NCBI GenBank assembly: GCA_047495785.1
Contig: JBLDXI010000078.1
Coordinates: 1 to 64,000 of the forward strand
Direction of reading: 5' to 3'
Source of the DNA: Lepidodermella squamata
Taxonomy: Eukaryota > Animalia > Gastrotricha
DNA: 64,000 nt
A program made the translations under genes and the position numbers. Below the pieces are notes generated by a model that worked only from the letters and a program-made list of their open reading frames with translations, was not told the DNA's origin and ran no database searches. The first letter of the stretch is position 1. Every line of letters begins with the position of its first letter. Below are positions 1 through 11,635 of the stretch, piece after piece.

Positions 1-113
1 TGTTGAGTAGATCGTAAAAAGAATACCAGCAACATATAAATGGCCGTGATGTGCGGAGGACTTCAACGCCGGTTCGCACCATCAATCTTTGCAGCATTCA
101 CATTAGCGTTTAA

Positions 114-1841
114 TTAGCCACCTAGTGCCTTCACAACCTCGACGTGGCCATTCTTGATGGCGATGTGCAGTGGCGTACGGCCATCTTTCTCGGCCATATT
201 CACGTCGGCGTTGAACTCGGCGGCCAATACCCTCACCACCTGGACGTGGCCCCTCTCAGCGGCGACGTACAGTGGTGTTTCGTCATCTTTCTCAGCCAAA
301 TTCACGTTGGCGCGGAACTCGCCAGCCAACACCCTAACCACCTCGACCCGGCCCTGGAAGGCTGCGATGTACAGTGGCGTCCAGCCATCTTTGTCGGCCG
401 TATTCACGTCGGCGTTGAACTCGCCAGCCAACACCCTAACCACCTCGACCCGGCCCAGGAAGGCTGCGATGTACAGTGGCGTCCAGCCATTTGTTCTGGC
501 CATATTCACGTTGGCGTTGAACTCGGCGGCCAACACCCTCACCACCTGGACGTGGCCCCTCTCAGCGGCGACGTACAGTGGTGTTTCGTCATCTTTCTCA
601 GCCAAATTCACGTTGGCGCGGAACTCGCCAGCCAACACCCTAACCACCTCGACCCGGCCCTGGAAGGCTGCGATGTACAGTGGCGTTTCGCCATTTTTGT
701 CGGCCATATTCACGTTGGCGCGGAACTCGCCTGCTAACAACCTCACCACCTCGACCCAGCCATGGAAGGCTGCGATGTACAGTGGCGTCCAGCCATTTGT
801 TCTGGCCATATTCACGTTGGCGTTGAACTCGCCAGCCAACACCCTCACCACCTCGACGTGGCCTTCACGGGCGGCGACGTACATAGGCGTCCAGCCATCT
901 GTTTCGGCCATATTCACGTCGGCACGGAACTCACCAGCCAACACCCTCACCACCTCGGCGTGACCATGCATGGCGGCGCCGTGCAGTGGCGTCCAGCCTA
1001 AAATGTTAGCCATATTCACGTCGGCGTGGAACTCGCCAGCCAACACCCTCACCACCTCGACGTGGCCTTCACGGGCGGCGACGTACAGTGGCTTACGGCC
1101 ATCTTTGTCGGCCGTATTCACGTCGGCACGGAACTCACCAGCCAACACCCTCACCACCTCGGCGTGACCATGCATGGCGGCGACGTACAGTGGCGTCCAG
1201 CCATCTTTGTCGGCCGTATTCACGTCGGCGTGGAACTCGCCAGCCAACACCCTCACCACCTCGACGTGGCCTTCACGGGCGGCGACGTACAGTGGCTTAC
1301 GGCCATCTTTGTCGGCCGTATTCACGTCGGCGTTGAACTCGCCAGCCAACACCCTCACCACCTCGACGTGGCCATTACGGGCGGAGATGTGCAGTGGCGT
1401 CCAGCCATCTTTGTTGGCCATATTCACGTCGGCGTTGAACTCGCCAACCAGCGTTCTCACCACCTCGACGTGGCCTCTCCCGGCGGCGGCGTACAGTGGC
1501 GTACTGCCATAATTGGTTGCCATATTCACGTCGGCACGGAACTCGCCAGCCAACACCCTCACCACCTCGACGTGGCCATTCTCGGCAGCGACGTACAATG
1601 GCGTCCAGCCGATATTGTTGGCAATACTCACGTTTGCGTTGAACTCGCCAGCCAACACCCTCACCACATCGACGTGGCCTTTCCCGGCGGAGATGTGCAG
1701 TGGCGTCCAGCCATCTTTGTTGGCCATATTCACGTCGGCGTTGAACTCGCCAACCAACGTTCTCACCACCTCCACCAGGCCATTCTCGACGGCGATGAAC
1801 AGAGGCGTACGGCCATTTGCATTACGAAACTCAATGTCTGC
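114..1841 (-). repeat. Tandem array of ~17 x 102-bp (34-aa) ankyrin repeats
   Basis: Mirror of 20732-22459. Confidence 0.97.
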
Positions 1842-2069
1842 CTCGAACTGTCTAACCAGAAGTCGTTGTAGCCTGCCCGAGCAGCGAGGTACAACAGCGG
1901 AAACCCTTCTTCGTCTTCGCAGTTAGCGCTAAGGCCGACATCACTGTTCGCCAGTAACTGCACCAATTTCAACAAGTCCTTCCGCCGACATACGCAGTCG
2001 AACAGCTCCTAGTAATAAGTACATAGTAATTTACAACACATGGATCAAGTGTGAAAGGTAAAATAATCC

Positions 2070-2631
2070 CATAGAAAACTCTATACATGTCAGAAAGTAA
2101 CGATCTTCCTATAGTAAATAAATTCACAGCATAACGTGGAAAAGTAGGCACGCGACCTTCGTTTTAATACTCATCGCCGTACTCCGCCCATTGAAATTTT
2201 TCGATTTTCAATTATTTTCGAAAATTCCGAGAGAAAATCTTTGATTTCCTAAATATTCCAAAAAAAATTCCGGAATACTAGAAGCGCTGCTCTATCGAAT
2301 GAATCCCGTCTCATGCGACGGTTCATCTTCCAACTTTTTTTTAAATTGTCTCAAAGTTGGTCACTTTTACGAACTATCGAGTCTTTCAAGGCGGTAAAAA
2401 TTTTTATTTTACGCCGAAAAATTCCGAGAAAAATGATATGATCTTATTTGACTTTTGCCCGGTCCAACGATATAAAACTTGAACAAATCAGAATTTTTGT
2501 ATTTTTTAACCATTTTGTAGCTACTTTTAACTAGCTCAGTTTATTATCAACCTAACGCGTGATAGACAATTCAGAAAATTGTGATATTATAGGAAGATCC
2601 TTACTTTCCGATCTGTATAGAGTTATCTATG
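2070..2631. mobile_element. P-element-like MITE, 562 bp, intronic
   Basis: Termini CATAGA...TCTATG, ~44-bp imperfect TIRs (CATAGAwAACTCTATACA...GATCTTCCTATA), perfect 8-bp TSD AATAATCC at 2062-2069 and 2632-2639. The P-like label is inferred from CATAG ends plus an 8-bp TSD. Confidence 0.85.
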
Positions 2632-5600
2632 AATAATCCGAACATACCCTAACAGCATCTTCGTTTGGTTCCGCGACTGATTGGTCAGGCTGAAGAATTT
2701 GCATGGATGTCACAATGCAGATGCCATTTTTGGATTACTATAATCATACCTTCGTATATCGCATGGGTGCTGATTTCAACAGAAAACTGTTCTGTTGAAG
2801 CAGAGTTGAGGTCGGTCGATCGCCTGGAGTTACGGCGAGCATTGACAAAACGAAATCCCGGAATTCATCCGAATAGCCGCGGGAAGGGTCAAATGGCTTC
2901 ATATTATTACTAAAACATAACACATTTCAGCCTGCTGAAACTGATTCAACTCGCCGGTTTACCTCAAAACATCCACCGTTGTGGTGAACTGTAAAAAAAT
3001 ATTGAAACTTGTTGAGTGATTTCGTAGGTTCATTATCATACCGGTTCTTTGAAGTTGGCTAGTTTGAAGAGCGCAAATCCCAACGACCAAACATCACTTG
3101 CAGGTGATTTCGGTTCAAAGCTCCATACCTCAGGAGGTGAAATCCCCCACTTTGCTAGATAATACGTTTTGGAGCCCCTGTTTGGAATATGACATAATAA
3201 CGGTTAAATGCCCCTTTTCAGTCTTACTTTTCCAATTTCCCGAGGATTCCCAAGTCAGCTAGTTTCGCCGTGCCACGGTCATCGCTAAGTAGTACGTTTC
3301 TTGACGTTATGTTGCGATGAACAATACTTTGGCCGTGAAGATAAGCCAAAGCTGATACGACTTGGCGTGACCATATTTGAAGCATAATTTCCGGGATGGG
3401 TGCTGTTTCAGTCTCGACCAAGCTTTCGAAACTTCCTCCCTCACAATACTCCATCACTAAATATTTCATCGTGCAGTTGTGAGAATAAAAATCTTGACCG
3501 GAATAGGTTCCTGTAGTCGGAATATTATTACTAAGAACTAATGGATGTAGGAATTTACCTTCGAAAGCGTCAAACACCTTGACAATGTTTGCATGGATGA
3601 TATTGACCATTAACAAATCCTGAAATTCGAAAAATTAAAAAAAATTTATTTAGATTTACAGACTCTTCCCAACATAAGGCGCCGTTGTACAGCAATATTT
3701 TTACAAAATTTGTGTCATTTGAGACAATGGTCACCATCCTTAAACATCATTTTAGAACGCTGAAAACAGGTCTATATAGTAACTTTTCGAGCCGCACATT
3801 TTCCAGTTTTTTAATTCAAGTCTAACTCGTCGAAAACTGGGCCTAAATGACATAAAACAGCTTAAATTGCCGAATTTTTAGTAGAAAATGTGATTTTCGG
3901 AATCAGCGATTTTTTAACCCTAGAAATGAGTTGAAAAACAATTCAAAAAAATTCAATTCGATTCACAAAAATTTATTTTTTGCTAATTGCCGGTTGCGGT
4001 TGGCTAATTGAGAGAAAAAACGGTAACCAGTGTGCAGAGCGTCATCGATTACCCACCTACTGGGTTGTGTTTTTAATGGCAAAATCGCAATTTTAAAGGG
4101 GGCAACCATTGTGTTGAAAATTTCTCAGTTTTCTGAATGGGTGAATGACGGCGCCCGTATGAAAGTAAGTAAAAATGGAGACCCATCCCAAGGCATATAT
4201 TTATTGATGGGAACTCACTCTTTCGTGGAGAAGTTCAGCAATTCTGTCAAAGTCTTTATCAAATTCCTTGCGAAAGTTTGTAATGTTGGTTTCTTTGATA
4301 ACTACTTGCTCCTGAAAGCTCCCGTTACGTTTGTACAAATAAGATTGTCGTAGGCTGCCATGACACAGGAGTTTAACAACAGTGAACTCCGACATAGATC
4401 GATACGTCCTTGGTTCCATATTCAATACGAAGCTGAAAATGATGACAGAATGAAAAGCAGGCAGAAATAGGAATAAAGCTTCAATAATGAGCGACATTAT
4501 AATTCTCAGAAGTATCAGCGATAAGAAAACGGCGATACCGCGGGGGCTCGTCATATCATATCTGCCAGAAACGCGCTGAAATTTGAAACATTATGTGTAT
4601 ACCCTTATCTCATGGAGAGGTTCGCCGGTGTTACAGAGAACTCTTTGCTTCTTTATCTTTACGACGGCTTCGTTGAACCTTATTCATCTTACATCTCCAT
4701 AGAATGAAAAGCCGACGATTTTATATCACCTTGATGTATTGCTCATAAATAAAAAAATAAAATAAATGATATCGCGTTTAAATGGAAGATGAATAATCCT
4801 TATGACGCAAAAGGCCAGAGTAACTTGTTTTTAAAGTATATCCACGGACTCAATAGTCATCGGCTATTTCTTTCCGTTCCTTCACACTTTTCTAATTTTC
4901 ATTTTTACTTTCGACTTGGTGATTTAGAAGCGGAGTCGGAAAATGAGGGTTTATAAAAAGATACTTGATCTAACTTCCTGAAGTCACTTGAAACGGAATT
5001 AATAGTTAAGGGTTAAGGATGTCATCAAAACTTCACGAATAAATTTACTCCAATAATAGGAACTGATACAATGCTGTCTCTCAAAAGTAAAATGTTTCCT
5101 GAGAGACAGATGGGAATAATGCTACCCAAATGAATTCGCTGCTCAAGTGCGACACCAGTGTGCGACTTTCAGGGCAGATGGGGGGTATCATCCCCCCAGC
5201 TCGGCCGAAACTTCGACATTTTCCATTCAATTTTCATCTTTCACGCTTCGCGTTTCACATTCACCTTTTTTCATTCATTCAATATTCTCACGACTGTTTT
5301 TTGCGTGATTCCATATCGGCACATGCCTAATAGCGTGATCTCGCAAATATTTTGTTATACGATAGGCTATGAAATTTGCAGCCTTTTTTAAGGGGATTGA
5401 TCGAAAAGGTTCCAGTGGCAAGGCTGGAATAAGGTTTCCAAACCAACCATCCCATGATAGTTGGATTGAAGGTTCAAACTAATCTTAAACTCAAAACTCT
5501 CCAAAACCATTTAGAAATTAAAGCGCTATAAAGCTTTTATTTTTAGAGTAAATCTGAGTCATATCAACAATTTTTCCAAAAATTCTCATCTGGATTCGTT

Positions 5601-6240
5601 TCAATCAACCTCTATGAATTCATCATTAATGGTTGTACTTGGCGAGACTCGATCAGGGGAATAAATCTCAGAGTTCAAAGAGCCTTTGGGCGAGGAATTT
5701 ACTTGCGATGCTGCCGATCCTCGTTTGGTCGAAAGCTGTGCTGATCTCCTGTGCTGATACAAGTGAATTCGCAGCTGAGCGGCGTTCTCAAACAGCCGCG
5801 AACACGTGAAGCACGTCATGGCAAATTTCTCGAAATGGTGAGCTCTAACGTGAAGCCGAAAGCCGTTACGCGTGGTATAAACCCGGCGTTTGGGACAGTA
5901 ATCGCATACAAAAACTGAATTCAAAGGCTTCTTGGTGTGCAAATTTGACTTCATTTCGACGCAAGATTCGGATAAAGGGTTGACCTGTAAGAACAAGATG
6001 ATTAGCAACGTGATAGTAAAAGTTACTGAACCTTACCAGCGGCCTCTGGGAATCTTCGGAACTAAATGGTGCAGTTTCACATGGGGTTCGAGTCCTTGAG
6101 TAAGGTTGAAAAGCTGATTTCCGCTCTGAGCTGAATGTTACCAAGTTGGAATCTGCTACCTTGGAAGCCCATGGTGCTATCGTGGTTATTGAAATGATAG
6201 TCGCCTTTTTTCGCGATAGATCCAACACCCCTGTATCCAT
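5601..6240 (-). CDS. Two-finger C2H2 zinc-finger protein, left-arm copy
   Basis: Mirror of 16333-16972. Confidence 0.88.
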
Positions 6241-7261
6241 TTTTTCAAGATTTAATTTTTAGGTCTAAAGATACACAAAAACTTGTATGTAATTGAAATA
6301 AAAAAGTCTTTCATTACAAATTGACACGAAGTTATAACTGCGCAATGAAAATCAACTAGGCGATTGGAACGAAAATAAAATAATTCAAGGATGGAAAAAA
6401 ACGAGAATACATATACGCTAGCTGGGCACGCGACTGCTACGTGGCATCACCAATAACGCAATAAAAATGTCGGTGAGGTCAAATCGTCAAAACATTCCAA
6501 ATTTTTTACATTTGAAAAAACGTTTTGAATAAGGCGTTGAACACTTCTATAACCGATATAACTCAAGACTCTAGAGGTTTTCTTTTCGTAGTGAAACCGT
6601 CCAGCAGCCGCTAGTAGATTAGAAATTAGAAATTAGAAGCGTAGGTTATCCTTCCAACGTTTCTCCAATTTTTCCATCCGTTTCGGTTTTCAAAACATTC
6701 AAAGTTGAAATGAGAGCCAAAAAGAGGAATTGCATTAAAGCGGAAATGATCACAATTCTTACCAGGCTGCGACCCACAGCTATATAATAACGTTAGTTAT
6801 CGCTATTCTGTGAAGATTTGTGAAGATTAAAGTGTTTACCCTCTCTCCTGTCTGCTTAGTATTGCGCTGCAACGCGCTGCGATCATTTTTTCCCGCGTTT
6901 TGAGTAATTTCACTGAACGCGAAATAATGATGGACCTCATCGAGGTCTAGGGGCACTTTCGAATCGAGCGAAACTACTCTAATCATCTGTTACGATTTGA
7001 TCAAAAAAAATACGCGATGGTTTGGTTCGAAATTTCCTGAAAAATCGTATTTCCGTTTATCGTTAATCGAGACTCATCTCATCACTTGAATATTACATGC
7101 TTGTCCGTGACTCGAAAACGGACACCTTAGTCTGAGCAAGCCATGTGATGCCGTTTATCGAAATAAACAACCCCTGCACACGCGACCTAAATTCGCAGCA
7201 GGAATTAAATGAGCGTTTTATTTCATTCATTTTTTTATTTTAAAATAACCATTTTACATAA

Positions 7262-10200
7262 ATGACAACATTGGCTATTATTTGTGTTATTATCGGTCTG
7301 ATTCAGTCAGCCGATGCAGCTGCGTACGTGCGATGCATCTCGCGGACGAATGACGCATTCAATGGCTGCAAAACCCAATGCTTGATTCTTCAAGAGTATC
7401 AGGTGCTCTAAATTTGTCCAATAATTCCCAACATTTCTGATAAATTTGCTCTTCCCCAGCTCGGAGGAACTTTTGCGACCTTGTCAGCATGCAAAACTGG
7501 AGTGAGTTTCATTCGATCATTTCTGGTTCGTATCGCATATTGTTCCAACAGTGGGCTCGAAGCTGTTTCAACTACAAAACAATCAACATGAGATGTCTGC
7601 CTGGCAAGATGAGCTGTTCCGCTGATGAAATCGAGGTTCCATTATCAAATCGAATTGATAAAATAATTTATGTTTAAACAATTCTTTTATAAAAAATCTC
7701 AACAATCGATCGAAATTTTTTCTTTAATAGTATCGCTTGGAGAATAATTTTCTGAAATATCCTCGCTTTTCAGATCAAAAGATACATCGGCAACATTTTT
7801 GGCGCCATGTACAAATCCTGCCGTGCCGAAATTCGGAATTTTCTGGTTTCTACCCGCAAACGTTCTGGTAATATTTAAATTGTGATTGTGTTTCACAGAC
7901 CTTCCCAGCTACGCAATGCGATGACAACAGAAAATCCATCTGCATCCCATTTATTGGCAAATGTCCCAACAACTGGGTAAATTCTACCATTTCATTGTTG
8001 AAGTTTCTAATACTTTTCTTTTTTGTAGACCTTGCTGGCATACTGGGAAGAAGGTACTCAGGCTTGTATGACTGCCGCGAACAGTAAGATTGAATTTCGA
8101 TTCTAATCGTCGTCCCATTAAGCGGCATTTATCTTTGAAGTCGTCAGAAATACGAGCGATTTTTCAACAAACCTGCGATGCTTTTCAAAAAGCGATTGCT
8201 CCTTTGTTGGCTGCCAGCCAACCCAATGCGACGCGGCTCTCATGACTAGGGTTAGTGATTCGTTGAACGAATTCAATTAATATTGCTAAATTATGAATTT
8301 AGGACTATAGCCCGGAAACGTTTGCTGATAAAGCGCGCTGCCTGACTGGGGTGAGTCGAATTTTTCTGAAATGTTCATGAATTTACGGCTCATTATTTTA
8401 CAGCCAGCCGCGTTGTGTTCGACGTCCAGCGAATTGGTTTGCCGTAGCCGATGCCCGTCTCCGTTCACACTAGTAAATACTCTGGCCAAACCCTTCTGTT
8501 ACTATCTTCATGCCATCACTTTCATTTAGGTTACAACTTTCGTTAACAGCACCGATTTTACGAGCAATTACGCGAACTGTCTGGCGAAGCAGGCGACTAT
8601 GAACGGGTTTGAGATGATAATTTTTACAAAATATTGGCCTGAAGGCCGAGCAATGTGCGGTAGGATCCTGAAACCGAGATGTTTTCTAGTCCCCAGCCGA
8701 AGAAACCAAATGGTCCTCCCTGTTGTTTTTCAGCCTTCCTCTTGTTGAATTCCTGAAGCTGGGGTTTGCACCCTGGCCTGGCCGAATATCCATCGATATC
8801 ACCCATATTTGGGTTTTATTCAGTGGCAGATATCGGGGGTATTTTCGGGCTCAAGTTTTATAACCAAAGGTTCCCCCTTTAGGCCTTTTGGTGTTTTCAC
8901 ATAGTTCTATTGAACTAGGGGCTGCGATTCAGGTTCATAAGTTAAGAACTATCCTAAATACTAATTAAATGTAACAAATTGAAATCATGGTGCACTGTCA
9001 ATAAAGTCGAAGTTCCTAAATCCTCGTTCCCGCCGTGAAAGGTTTGAGAACTATTTCTGGGCTGCGGAACTTCCAAATGTTCTAATCAAAACAAAGGCCA
9101 TTATGTATATATTAATTCTTATTGCTAGGTATGTAAGATGTGAAGCTTCCGACGGATCCGTCAATTGCCGAAAAACCATTTGCTTACCGACTGAAACCCG
9201 CAACCCAGCGGCGGCTTCATTTTCATCCCTGTACAAGTGCCAAGTCGCGAAGAGGCAGTTTTTCATCTATGGAGGATCTGCCGACCTGACTCGAGGCGCC
9301 GCTTCTGCGCTATGCGTCGCTAACGAAGCCAAACCAGCGATGCAGAAGACCAGATATGATTTCGATGATCAGAAGAGAGCCATCGCGTTAAAATTGTCTC
9401 AGGCCGACATGGCCACAGCCGATTTCACAACGTGGGTTGGCTTGAAGAAATACGCCAATTTATCACTTATTTGGGACGACGGAACAACTTATGATTTCAA
9501 GCCCTACCAATGGAGTTCGCCCGTGGTTGTTACAAATGCTTCCATCTACTTTGAGCCAATCGATATTTGCGTCGGCATGATGTATGACAACTATTTCACG
9601 GAATTTCGCTACGATGCGATTTTATGCAATGGCACGTCAAAATTCGCCATCTGCGAGAAGGTCGCAGAGGTTAAAACCGGGGTCAGTTTTTCGAAATGGC
9701 TAAAACTGGTTGACTCTAATTCCCGTTTCATCAGATCGTGAAAATGTGCTTTGATCCTATCAAAGGTGGTGGCTGCGAGGAAACCTGCCCAGCAGGCAAA
9801 TTCGAAGTAAGGTCGTGACATATTTTTCTAATATAAAAGCTCAAATTTTGCATTAATAGGTTAGCACGTTCGGTGAAACGGAGTCTCTACAATCTGATAA
9901 TTTGAATACGTGCCAGATGAAAATTCAGGCAATTTATCTGAGCAATTATGTTTTCATCCCTTCATTTGTCCGTATATTCAAATTTTAGCCATCATACGTT
10001 CGATGTGTTGATGCTGCGACCAATTTCTCCGCTGTTTGCATTCCTTATGAATTTTCATGTCCCCCTGGAACGGTAGGTTCAACGCGAATTATTGCATATG
10101 GAAGGTTGTGAATTTTTGGAAAAATGTCGATAGACACTGGACTCTTCTAGCAGTACGATAATTCGCTACACCACGTTCGAAATATGTGCTACACCGTGAG

Positions 10201-10937
10201 TTTTAGAATTAAAATATATCCCTATAATCTAATTCTTTCAACGGGTTCGTTTGAACTTTGAACCTGAATTTAAAAAAAACGGACGGTTTCTACTTGGTAA
10301 TTAAGGTCAACCCCTCCCCTTGTACCCCTGGTACCTCACACACTGAAGCAGGGTATTTCGCTTTATTCTCGTTTCATTATGGGTTTTCTGTTTCAGATTG
10401 TTCAGCTGCGTTGCGCCGGATCAATCAATCAACTGTCGAACGAGCCGATGCTTCGAAGGCGAAACGAAATATCCATCGTCTTGGAACAATCGAATTTGCG
10501 ACTCAGCCAGCAAGGAGTTTCTGATTCTAGGAGGAAGTGAAATGACACGAACTGCAGCTATCGATCTATGCCGTAGCAACAACGCTCAAATTGCTATGCC
10601 GAAAACCTTTGAAACGAGAGAGGCTATCTTGCTGGCTAGCAGTGAAAAAGTTGAACAGGATCAACTTAACCCTGACAATTACAAAGCGTGGATTGGCTTA
10701 AGGAAACCTGCTGGTGATGATAACAACATGATTTATGAAGACGGCACGATTCGCCCTTTTTCTTACATTGATTACTTTCCCTACTTCAGTACAACGCCAG
10801 TGGAGCTTTGCTTCATTGTGAAACATGCACCAACGCCTGAAAATTATCCAGGTACACCTGGTGGGTACTTCTATGTACTGCAGAACTGTACCGATACAGC
10901 TCCTTATGTCGTCTGCGAGAAATATATTATCATGTAA
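7262..10937 (+). CDS. Secreted multi-exon protein with Cys-rich modules and two C-type-lectin-like domains
   Basis: Signal peptide MTTLAIICVIIGLIQSADA; many short exons with RC-x-C modules; CTL domains at ~9250-9660 (TWVGLKK..LIWDDGT..C..C..AICE) and ~10510-10930 (AWIGLRK..YEDGT..C..C..VVCE). Splice phases checked for several, not all, junctions. Confidence 0.8.
8651..8730 (+). mobile_element. Diverged partial copy of the hAT-like MITE family (mirror 13843-13922)
   Basis: CAATGTGCG-GTAGGATCC...CCCAGCCGAAGAAACCA resembles the copies at 43060 and 58660. Confidence 0.5.
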
Positions 10938-11006
10938 TATAATGAGCCGATTCTTCGATATTCGATAAATTGATCCTAACCTTGAACTGAACTTCTTCTT
11001 TTCATC

Positions 11007-11566
11007 GCAAACTCAGGGTATTATTATTTAGTGTGGCTATCCTCCTGGTTAGTTCGAATTTGAATATGGTTCAGCTTACAGCTAATAAATAATGTTAAGT
11101 GGCTGATTGATAGCGCTGCAAAACGCGTTACGAGCCTTTTTCTTGCGGTTTTCAGCAAATTTGCCGATCCATCTAAATACTAAATAATAAATCGATAAAT
11201 CTCATGGAATTGCGTTTAACACTTTAACTGCCCAAATTACGGCTAAAGTACCGTTGCGGTCGTAACTAAGTATCGGTATTTCTTATCAACTATAAGTTTC
11301 GTTATTTTGTACCGACATTTTTGCGGTTAGAAAATGCCGGTACTTTGTCACGTCATTGCCGGTATTTAGTACCGAATCGAGATTGAAAACTGAAGCACGG
11401 GGCACCTATATCAAAAGTTATAGGTGCAAACCAAATCATTGATGGGATTTTCAAGCTTCCGACTGAGAAATGGCTTCGGAAACCAGATTAGTGCGCGAAT
11501 TAACACTGGTTTTGAACAAAACAATATACTATATCGAGATAATTATGCTATAATGCGCCTAGTTGA
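11007..11566. other. Unique 560-bp spacer of the palindrome
   Basis: No self-complementarity; AATAAA near 11084 and 11186 on + could serve the left-arm lectin gene. Confidence 0.93.
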
Positions 11567-11635
11567 GATGAAAAGAAGAAGTTCAGTTCAAGGTTAGGAT
11601 CAATTTATCGAATATCGAAGAATCGGCTCATTATA

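Larger units (their letters stand above)
114..4419 (-). pseudogene. Pseudokinase-ankyrin repeat gene, left-arm copy (frameshift near 1863)
   Basis: Exact reverse complement of 18154-22459. Confidence 0.8.
1..11006. repeat. Left arm of large inverted duplication (open at window start)
   Basis: Every ORF in 1-11006 has an identical mirror ORF with coordinates summing to 22573 (e.g. 114..1775 vs 20798..22459; 10398..10937 vs 11636..12175). Complementarity ends at TTCATC (11006). Confidence 0.98.

Noticed and set aside
144-1926. Long overlapping ORFs antisense to the ankyrin array (and mirrors at 20647-22429)
   Set aside because: Shadow frames of a GC-rich 102-bp repeat with no independent motifs.
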